Shown: positions 1 through 5,470, counted from the first letter of the stretch. The stretch: DNA of 5,470 nucleotides from Nanopusillaceae archaeon (GCA_038735675.1 JAVYNJ010000023.1:1-5470), one strand, 5' to 3'. Numbers and translations are program-made. Notes: generated by a model from the sequence alone, not told the origin.

Positions 1-205
1 TTACTTTCATTCCATGTGTAAGATCTATTATTTTTAATTCATATATTTTAGAGGGATCTATGCCTCTTTCTTTTAATATTATCATAATTGCAGTATTTTC
101 GTCAAGATAACCATAATACTGTTCAATCTTCTTTTTAATTAAATTCTCTAATTCATTTAAAGATATTCCTAATAAATTGGCCACTTCTTTTTTCTTTAAA
201 TCCAT
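1..205 (-). CDS. Partial CDS (N-terminal 68 codons; continues past window start): archaeal RPA / replication factor A-like OB-fold ssDNA-binding protein
   Basis: My own reverse-complement translation from ATG (205-203) is open to position 1: MDLKKKEVANLLGISLNELENLIKKKIEQYYGYLDENTAIMIILKERGIDPSKIYELKIIDLTHGMKV. An in-frame stop lies just upstream (221-223), so this is the first ATG. The layout is a short helical leader, then the (Y)L(D/S)E..A..(L/I)..(E/K)(R/L)G(I/V)D segment, then (K/R)I.(D/E)L..GM..V leading into the first OB fold. This matches my recollection of euryarchaeal-type RPA N-termini such as Pyrococcus RPA41. The ORF is not in the supplied track. The OB fold itself is off-window. 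Confidence 0.55.
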   Translation of the reverse strand, partial: MDLKKKEVANLLGISLNELENLIKKKIEQYYGYLDENTAIMIILKERGIDPSKIYELKIIDLTHGMKV

Positions 206-235
206 TAAAAAATATATTTTTTAAAAATAAAAAAT
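206..235 (-). promoter_or_regulatory. 30-nt spacer between the small Cys-rich gene and the RPA-like gene: oligo-T terminator-like tracts and/or TATA-like element
   Basis: Minus-strand reading after the TAG stop is ATTTTTTATTTTTAAAAAATATATTTTTTA, then ATG. T6 and T5 runs directly follow the stop, and archaeal termination uses oligo-T. The region also contains the palindrome A6-TATA-T6. Function is not determinable from sequence alone. Confidence 0.25.
207..222. repeat. Perfect 16-nt palindrome AAAAAATATATTTTTT
   Basis: Read directly; the sequence equals its own reverse complement. It lies 2 nt upstream of the RPA-like start codon. Confidence 0.7.
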
Positions 236-631
236 CTATGAGCAAAAACAGCCGTTGGTATTTGAGAAACAAGTAACTGGTGTTCCAGCATCTGTATATA
301 CTGTAAACCTTCCATGTACTCCGATTTCTGCACTATAACAATAAACATTCTTATCTTCTAATCTAAAAGTTCTTGAGCAATATTCAGAATTTATAAAGGC
401 ATTTTCTATATCATAAACCCTAGGATATCTAGCTAATAGCAATCTTTGATGAATATCATTTAATAAAGTACTGCATTGTGCTCTTATTTTTTGAGTTTCT
501 TCTGCATATCGCGGTATTGGTCCAATTAATCTTGGAAAACTGCCAGTTACAAAAAACACTATTAATACTAATATTAAAACTGAAATTACTGCAAGTACAA
601 TTGTACTAAATGGTAAACCCTGATTCTTCAT
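236..631 (-). CDS. Small (131 aa) N-terminally membrane-anchored or secreted Cys-rich protein, function unknown; possible but non-canonical pilin-like N-terminus
   Basis: ORF with ATG start and TAG stop (236-238). A short charged N-terminus (MKNQGLPF) is followed by a ~20-residue hydrophobic segment (STIVLAVISVLILVLIVFFV). The ~100-aa tail has six Cys (C53, C85, C98, C121, C128, C130), Arg:Lys = 9:3, and higher GC than neighbouring genes. I recognise no family. Confidence 0.6.
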   Translation of the reverse strand: MKNQGLPFSTIVLAVISVLILVLIVFFVTGSFPRLIGPIPRYAEETQKIRAQCSTLLNDIHQRLLLARYPRVYDIENAFINSEYCSRTFRLEDKNVYCYSAEIGVHGRFTVYTDAGTPVTCFSNTNGCFCS

Positions 632-675
632 AAATAATAAGAAATTCTTAAGAAAATAAAAATTTTTATTTTTTT
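632..675. promoter_or_regulatory. 44-nt divergent intergenic region presumably holding promoters for 236-631 (-) and 676-1122 (+)
   Basis: This is the only non-coding DNA between the divergent start codons (631 and 676). It is almost pure A/T with TATA-like runs (aaaataaaaatttttattttttt). There is no GGAGG-type Shine-Dalgarno before either ATG. Individual TATA/BRE boxes cannot be placed reliably at this composition. Confidence 0.3.
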
Positions 676-1122
676 ATGAAAATCTCAGAAATAAAGTTTA
701 GTGTAATAATTCATGAATGGGAGAACTATGAAAAAATAAAACAAAAATTTTTAGAATTATTAGATGGCATAAATAAAGAAAAAATAGAGATTTATGAAAA
801 TAAGGGACAAGGTTTAATTAGCTCTAATATATATTTCATTTCCGCAAAAATTAAAGACAAAAATTCTATAAAAATATTTTTAAAAAATATTTTAAAAAGA
901 TTAGATAGTATAAATAGGTTTTTAGAAGAAATAAATTTTGATGAAAATTGTAATGTTTATATAAGATTTGATAAAGAGGCTTTATTAAAAGAGAATAGGA
1001 TTTTTCCCATGTATGGGGAAAATGTCTTTCACTTAAAAATTAGTATAGATTCTTATAAAAAAGATAAAGAATCTGTTAAAAAATTTCTAAACGAATTCTT
1101 CAACAGTTTAAAGAATTTATAA
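676..1122 (+). CDS. 148-aa conserved-looking hypothetical protein; tentatively DUF54/COG1325-like (archaeal predicted RNA-binding, exosome-associated protein)
   Basis: Clean ORF with ATG start, 22 nt upstream of mre11 on the same strand. The alternating strand/helix pattern and two segments loosely match my recollection of DUF54 hallmarks: IKFSVIIHEWENYEKIKQKF (712-726 encodes HEWEN, where I recall H-x-T-E-D-E-x-K-V) and YIRFDKEALL (964-978 encodes RFDKE, where I recall R-x-D-K-Q). That this is a real gene: ~0.85. The family assignment: ~0.35. Confidence 0.5.
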   Translation: MKISEIKFSVIIHEWENYEKIKQKFLELLDGINKEKIEIYENKGQGLISSNIYFISAKIKDKNSIKIFLKNILKRLDSINRFLEEINFDENCNVYIRFDKEALLKENRIFPMYGENVFHLKISIDSYKKDKESVKKFLNEFFNSLKNL

Positions 1123-1144
1123 TCTTTTACTAATATTTATTTAA

Positions 1145-2287
1145 ATGAAATTTATACATATCTCAGATACTCACTTAGGTTGCGAGATTCCGGTAAAATA
1201 TAGAGAAATAAGAAAAATAGATTTTTTGAATGCATTTAAACAAATTGTAGATTTTGCAATAAAAGAAAAAGTAGATTTTATTATCCATTCTGGGGATTTT
1301 TTAGATGACTATTTTAGAATATCATCAAAAATTTTTTTAGAGATATTAGACCTTCTTTTTAAATTAAAAGAAAATAATATTCCTTTATTTTTTATTAAAG
1401 GAAATCATGATAATAAGGGACAAAAACAAAATGTTATAGAAATATTAAAAAAATTTAGGCTTATAGAAGAAGTAAATCCTCTAGAACCAAAAAGTATAAA
1501 AGATTTCTATATATATGGAATTTCAGAACCTTCAAATATTGGTGGAGAGGAATTAAAACTATTTTATGAAAAAAGATTAAAGGAGGTTAAGGTAGATAAA
1601 ACAGGTTTTTCTATATTTCTATTTCATGGAATTTCTACAGCAGTTCCTAAGGATATTATAAAAAATTATACAAAAGATCCTAGAATTATAAATCATGATT
1701 TTTTTCCAAAAGCAGATCTCTACGGGTTTGGACATTTTCATAATAGTTTTATTAAAAAAGAGGATTCTATTATTTCTTTACCAGGATCTACCGAAAGAAC
1801 GGAAATTTCGGAATATGAAGAAAAAAATAATAAAGGATTTTTTTATTTTAAAGATGCAGATTACAGTTTTATTAATTTAAATGTTAGAAAAATAAGTATA
1901 ATAGAAAAAAGAGTGGAAAATGAAGAAGATATAAATGATATTTTAAATAAAATAGGAGAAAAAAGTAAAGACAGCATAATTAAGTTGAAAATATTTTATT
2001 CTAGAAGTATGTATGATCTATTAAGAAAAAATATAGATAACTTACTAGCTTTAGGATATATGATTATTGACGAACTATATCCTGTAGATTATGTTGAAGA
2101 AATAAATGTAGTAGAAGATAAAGTTGTTTTTGAAGATATAATTGATAAAATGATGATTTCTGAAAATGACAAAAAGGAATTATTAAACTTATACAACAAG
2201 ATAAAATATTTATTTGAGGAATATTATTCTGATAGAAGTAGTAATTTGGATAGGATAAGAGAAGCTTTATTTAAAGAATTAATATGA
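1145..2287 (+). CDS. mre11: Mre11 DNA double-strand-break repair nuclease (calcineurin-like metallophosphoesterase, SbcD/Mre11 family), 380 aa
   Basis: Canonical N-terminus MKFIHISDTHLG. All five phosphoesterase motifs are present: I D-x-H (DTH, 1166-1174); II G-D-x-x-D (HSGDFLDD, GD at 1292-1297); III G-N-H-D (1400-1411); IV H (LFHG, H161 at 1625-1627); V G-H-x-H (GHFH, 1730-1741). The helical C-terminal tail is consistent with a Rad50-binding domain. The gene sits immediately upstream of rad50 and overlaps it. Confidence 0.93.
   Translation: MKFIHISDTHLGCEIPVKYREIRKIDFLNAFKQIVDFAIKEKVDFIIHSGDFLDDYFRISSKIFLEILDLLFKLKENNIPLFFIKGNHDNKGQKQNVIEILKKFRLIEEVNPLEPKSIKDFYIYGISEPSNIGGEELKLFYEKRLKEVKVDKTGFSIFLFHGISTAVPKDIIKNYTKDPRIINHDFFPKADLYGFGHFHNSFIKKEDSIISLPGSTERTEISEYEEKNNKGFFYFKDADYSFINLNVRKISIIEKRVENEEDINDILNKIGEKSKDSIIKLKIFYSRSMYDLLRKNIDNLLALGYMIIDELYPVDYVEEINVVEDKVVFEDIIDKMMISENDKKELLNLYNKIKYLFEEYYSDRSSNLDRIREALFKELI
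2284..2287 (+). other. ATGA stop/start overlap between mre11 and rad50 (likely translational coupling)
   Basis: ATG of rad50 is at 2284-2286 and TGA of mre11 at 2285-2287, read directly from ...ttaatATGAaag.... Confidence 0.85.
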
Positions 2288-4566
2288 AAGTTAGAAGATT
2301 ATATTTAGAAAATTTTAAAATACATAAATCAAAAGAAATTAATTTTGATTTAAGCAAAAATTTAATTATAGGAGAAAATGGAACTGGAAAATCTACTATT
2401 TTTCATGCGATAATTTTTTCTCTTTTTGGTGGAGATAAGGCAATTTTATCTAGTTTAAATATAAATAGAATAGAATCTTTGATAAGACATTTAAGTCCAT
2501 CTTTAAAAGTTATTCTAGAATTGGAAGATAGTAATGGAGGAGTATACAGAATAATAAGGACTGTCTCTTCATCGGGAGAAAGCAAAGCTGTTATTGAAAT
2601 GGGCGATGGAAAAATTTTAGCTACAACTCCAGATATTGTAAATAGAAAAATATATGAGTTACTTAAAATAACGAATCCAAACAAAATTATCGAAATATTA
2701 TATATAAAGCAGGGAGATTTAGGTAAATTAATAAATATATCTGGAAAAGTAGAATTTACAAATAAATTGGAAGAATTATTTGATATAAAACTTTATTCTA
2801 TGTATTTAGATGTAGTTCAGGGAGTTATAAGAGATTTAAATAAAGAATTAAACTATCTTGAAAGAGAAAAAGAAATGTTTTCTAAAGATATTGAAGAATT
2901 TAATAAAATTTTTGGAGGACTGAGTAAAGAAGAATTAGAAAAAATTTATACAGAATTTATTTTACTTAGAAAAAGAAGAGAAGAAATATACAAAAGCTAT
3001 GTAGAGCTAAAAACTTTGTATAGTTCAATAGATAGCAAGAAAATATCTCAAGAGAAGTATATTAGAGAAAAGTTGAAAGAATTAGAAGAGAGATATAATG
3101 AACTGAACGAGAGATTATCTAATTTGAAAGCAGAAAAATATAATTTAAAATTTGATAAATATTCTAAAGAACTATTAGATAAAGATATAGATTTTTTAAA
3201 AAATTTATTGTTAGAAATAGAAAATAAAATAAAAGGATTAGATAAATTGAAACTAATGTTAGAAATTAATAATTTAAAAGAAAAGAAAAATATTTTGGAA
3301 GAATATAGAAATCTTATTGATGTTAAGAGAATTTATGAAGAAAAAAAGAATATCTTAGAGGAATTAGAAAAAAAACAAATTGAAATTAAAAATAAAATAG
3401 AAACTATTAATAAGAGTTTAGAGATATTGAAATTTTCTAAAGATAAAATTTGTCCTGTATGTAAGAAACCTTTAATTGACGAAGAATATAAAAATCTTTT
3501 ACTAGAATATGAAAATGAATTAAATAATTTGAAAGTTGAAAAAGAAAATATCGAAAAAGAAATATTTAATTATAAAAAAGAAGTAAAAAACTTAGAAAAA
3601 GATTATACAAGATTCCAATATTTGGATAAAAAAATAATAGAGTTAGGAATAGACTTAAATCAATTATCAAACGAATTAGAAGCAATATCTAAAAGAATAG
3701 AAGATATTGATCAAAAAATTAGATTATTCGAAGAATATGAAATAATAAATGGTACAATTAATTATTTAAAATCTAGAGATATAGAAAGAGCAATAAATTT
3801 GTTAAATCAAGAAATAAATAATTTAAAAAATGAAATAAACAATTTATTAAAAGAAATTTCGCAAATTGAAAGTATGAAAAAAAATCTTGAAAAGTATAAT
3901 CAAATTTTACAATCATTAGGGTTTAACTCTTTATTTGATTTAGAAAATGAAATTAAGAAAATAGATGAAGAACTTAAAAAATATGAAAACTTTAAACCAG
4001 AACTATATAGAATATATTTAGAGAAATTAGAAAAATATAATATTTTAATTGAAAAAATTAGAAAAATTAGAAAAAATATACAATTATTAAATTACCTACA
4101 AAACTCTTTAATAAAATTTATCGAAAGAATTAGAAAAGAAAAAACCTTAAGATTATCTGAAGAATTTAGAAGATTTTTCAAGAGGTTATATAGATATGGA
4201 GATATTTCTGATGTAAAAATAGATTTAGAAATAAATAGATCTGGGGAAAAAATATTCAATATTATTATTGCTAAGGAAATAGATGGAAAAATCTTATACA
4301 AAAATGTTAATGAAGCTGGATTAAGTGGAGGTCAAACAAAAATATTAGATTTGGCTTTAAGATTGGCTATAGCATCAATTATAAATCCTAACTTTAAAGT
4401 ATTAATGTTAGATGAGCCTACAGAATCTTTAGATGAAAATGTAAGATATCAACTAGCAGAACTTTTAGATTCTTTAGAAGGGTATCAAATAATATTGTGT
4501 ACTCATGATGAATTGTTTAAAGAAAAAATTAGTGGAAAAGTTATAGAATTTAGAAGATCTACTTAA
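2284..4566 (+). CDS. rad50: Rad50 ABC-type ATPase (SMC-like, SbcC/Rad50 family), compact 760-aa form
   Basis: N-terminus MKVRRLYLENFKIHKS. Walker A GENGTGKST (2371-2397). Q-loop IKQGD (Q143, 2710-2712). Long K/E/L/N-rich heptad-like region on both sides of the CPVC zinc hook (aa 390-393, 3451-3462). ABC signature LSGGQ (4321-4335). Walker B VLMLDEP (4399-4419) with D-loop DEPTESLD. H-loop CTHD (4498-4509). Confidence 0.96.
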   Translation: MKVRRLYLENFKIHKSKEINFDLSKNLIIGENGTGKSTIFHAIIFSLFGGDKAILSSLNINRIESLIRHLSPSLKVILELEDSNGGVYRIIRTVSSSGESKAVIEMGDGKILATTPDIVNRKIYELLKITNPNKIIEILYIKQGDLGKLINISGKVEFTNKLEELFDIKLYSMYLDVVQGVIRDLNKELNYLEREKEMFSKDIEEFNKIFGGLSKEELEKIYTEFILLRKRREEIYKSYVELKTLYSSIDSKKISQEKYIREKLKELEERYNELNERLSNLKAEKYNLKFDKYSKELLDKDIDFLKNLLLEIENKIKGLDKLKLMLEINNLKEKKNILEEYRNLIDVKRIYEEKKNILEELEKKQIEIKNKIETINKSLEILKFSKDKICPVCKKPLIDEEYKNLLLEYENELNNLKVEKENIEKEIFNYKKEVKNLEKDYTRFQYLDKKIIELGIDLNQLSNELEAISKRIEDIDQKIRLFEEYEIINGTINYLKSRDIERAINLLNQEINNLKNEINNLLKEISQIESMKKNLEKYNQILQSLGFNSLFDLENEIKKIDEELKKYENFKPELYRIYLEKLEKYNILIEKIRKIRKNIQLLNYLQNSLIKFIERIRKEKTLRLSEEFRRFFKRLYRYGDISDVKIDLEINRSGEKIFNIIIAKEIDGKILYKNVNEAGLSGGQTKILDLALRLAIASIINPNFKVLMLDEPTESLDENVRYQLAELLDSLEGYQIILCTHDELFKEKISGKVIEFRRST
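3451..3462 (+). other. Rad50 zinc-hook CxxC codons (CPVC)
   Basis: TGT CCT GTA TGT is in frame (aa 390-393 of 760), at the midpoint of the coiled-coil region. The context KDKICPVCKKPLIDEEYKNLL resembles the Pyrococcus hook (CPVCGRELTDEH-type) as I recall it. Confidence 0.9.
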
Positions 4567-5470
4567 TATATTTTATTATTTCAGATTTTTTGTATCTTTC
4601 ATCCATAAAAATTATTTTTACTTTATCATTTGGAAATCTAATTGCCCTCCCAATAACTTGTCTTATTTGAATATCTTTAATAATTTCTGCAAAAGTCATG
4701 TAATCTAAATTATTATCCTTGATTATTTTTGAAGTTAAAATTGAGACTGTTGGTGGAGGGGGATAAGGTTTTCCAACAATAACTATAACGTTTAATAAAG
4801 ATTTAGAATTTTCAATTAGTTCAACTCCCTCTACAAATCTTGATCTAGAATAAGTAAATATTGCTTTTTTATCAGTTTTTAATATTGTATTGAATGGCTT
4901 ATTTCCTTCATCCAAAAATATTTTTTCTTTAGTATCTTTATCTAAAAGATCATAAATATAATTCATAAATCCGGCTGAGGGAAACATATACAATTGATAT
5001 TTTTCTAAGTTGTTTATTAAAAATCTTATATTTCCAATTAGGTTTTCTATATTTCTTTTTTCCTTCCTTTTTTCATACTTGGAAGAAAAATTGTTTATTA
5101 TATTATACTCTTTTTCCCCAAGTTTTATATCTACTTTAATATATTCTACGTTGTCCGGATTTATTTTATATAATAAAGAAAAATCTTTTTTGCTAAAATT
5201 ACTTCCAGACATTAATATAATGCTTTTATAATCCAATAAAGATTTTATTATTAAATCAAATCTAGTTAAATATGCTTCTAATTTAAATCCATTCATTATC
5301 CATAATAAATTGGGATCTTTTAGATTTAAATAAAGTTTTATTATTTTATTTAAATTCCACCTTTTCTTAGATATTTTTATACCTAATTTAGATATTGTTC
5401 TTTTATAAGAATCCCAAAAAAATATTATATCTTCAAACATCTTTTTATATCTGTCAAATATATCTAACAA
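4559..5470 (-). CDS. Partial CDS (C-terminal 303 codons; N-terminus beyond window end): XPD/Rad3/DinG-family SF2 DNA helicase, helicase domain 2
   Basis: The ORF is open to the window edge. The initial M in the track is merely TTG at 5468-5470. Family motifs seen: III-like IILMSGS (5201-5221); YMFPSAGF (the FpSy region); V FVEGVEL (4817-4837); IVIVGKPYPPPP (the G-[LI]-P-[FY]-P segment); VI QVIGRAIR (4637-4660); then IIFMDERY. Motifs I, Ia and II and any 4Fe-4S domain would be off-window, so XPD versus another DinG-like paralogue cannot be decided. Confidence 0.85.
   Translation of the reverse strand: MLDIFDRYKKMFEDIIFFWDSYKRTISKLGIKISKKRWNLNKIIKLYLNLKDPNLLWIMNGFKLEAYLTRFDLIIKSLLDYKSIILMSGSNFSKKDFSLLYKINPDNVEYIKVDIKLGEKEYNIINNFSSKYEKRKEKRNIENLIGNIRFLINNLEKYQLYMFPSAGFMNYIYDLLDKDTKEKIFLDEGNKPFNTILKTDKKAIFTYSRSRFVEGVELIENSKSLLNVIVIVGKPYPPPPTVSILTSKIIKDNNLDYMTFAEIIKDIQIRQVIGRAIRFPNDKVKIIFMDERYKKSEIIKYIK

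Noticed and set aside
236-631. Calling the small protein a bona fide archaeal type IV pilin (class III signal peptide)
   Set aside because: The N-terminus MKNQG|LPFSTIV has Q rather than K/R/D/E at -2, and P/F at +2/+3. It therefore fails the FlaFind-type pattern as I remember it, and it lacks a QxSxE-type motif. It is kept only as a hypothesis, and the gene is annotated generically as membrane-anchored or secreted.
1123-1144. Possible independent promoter for mre11 in the 22-nt spacer (atatttattt)
   Set aside because: The TATA-like run is only ~7-14 nt from the ATG, too close for a standard archaeal promoter. Co-transcription with the upstream gene, or a promoter embedded in it, is more plausible but cannot be resolved from sequence.
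1695-1880. 61-aa + strand ORF nested out of frame inside mre11
   Set aside because: It lies entirely within a well-supported Mre11 reading frame that spans motif V. Its product is a low-complexity I/L/F/K-rich peptide typical of alternative-frame ORFs in AT-rich DNA, with no motif support.
2150-2232. C/D-box sRNA-like elements: AUGAUGA (2150-2156), CUGA (2160-2163), CUGA (2229-2232)
   Set aside because: The first CUGA is only 3 nt from the C box, leaving no guide region. The overall span of 83 nt is too long for a typical archaeal C/D sRNA, and no C' box is seen. The whole region lies inside the mre11 coding frame (…DKMMISEND…), so it is most likely coincidence.
2403-2684. 93-aa antisense ORF inside the rad50 N-terminal ATPase lobe
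   Set aside because: Shadow ORF opposite a strongly supported gene. Its hydrophobic I/F/L-rich composition is the expected antisense image of K/E/N-rich codons.
4051-4078. Tandem near-repeat gaaaaaatta / gaaaaatta / gaaaaaata
   Set aside because: It encodes EKIRKIRKN within the Rad50 coiled coil. This is low-complexity heptad-like coding sequence, not a CRISPR, satellite or regulatory repeat.
4092-4301. 69-aa antisense ORF inside the rad50 C-terminal region
   Set aside because: Same reasoning: an antisense shadow of rad50 with no independent start context or motif.
1145-4566. Interpreting the nuclease + SMC-like ATPase pair as a bacterial SbcCD or a Lamassu/Wadjet-like defence module
   Set aside because: The canonical Mre11 and Rad50 N-termini, the CPVC hook in a Pyrococcus-like context, ATGA coupling and the archaeal housekeeping neighbours (RPA-like, XPD-family) all favour the housekeeping archaeal MR complex. 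No effector or specificity genes typical of defence systems are adjacent.
5010-5231. 73-aa + strand ORF antisense to the helicase gene
   Set aside because: It sits opposite helicase motif III and the surrounding coding sequence. It is an F/L/I/S-rich shadow ORF.
5468-5470. Apparent start (M) of the 303-aa helicase ORF at the window edge
   Set aside because: The codon is TTG at the very edge of the window, and the protein begins mid-domain, before motif III of an XPD/DinG helicase. The true start, with motifs I-II, must lie beyond 5470.

Overview
Extremely AT-rich window, about 98% coding: only 96 nt (206-235, 632-675, 1123-1144) lie outside ORFs. The gene content looks archaeal and the layout suggests a compact, reduced genome. 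I support six genes. (1) 1-205 (-): the 5' part of an RPA/replication-factor-A-like ssDNA-binding protein, an ORF missing from the supplied track. (2) 236-631 (-): a 131-aa membrane-anchored, Cys-rich small protein whose base and amino-acid composition differs from its neighbours. (3) 676-1122 (+): a 148-aa protein loosely resembling the archaeal DUF54/COG1325 predicted RNA-binding, exosome-associated family. (4) 1145-2287 (+): Mre11 nuclease with all five phosphoesterase motifs. (5) 2284-4566 (+): a compact 760-aa Rad50 with Walker A, Q-loop, central CPVC zinc hook, LSGGQ, Walker B and H-loop, overlapping mre11 through ATGA. (6) 4559-5470 (-): the C-terminal 303 codons (motifs III-VI) of an XPD/Rad3/DinG-family helicase, converging on rad50 with an 8-nt overlap. 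I see no tRNA, rRNA, CRISPR array, transposase, integrase or recognisable defence system. I cannot confidently call anything here a new system. The best second-look candidates are the compositionally odd Cys-rich surface protein and the 148-aa gene sitting where herA-nurA normally accompany mre11-rad50. All homology statements come from motif recognition by eye; no searches were run.
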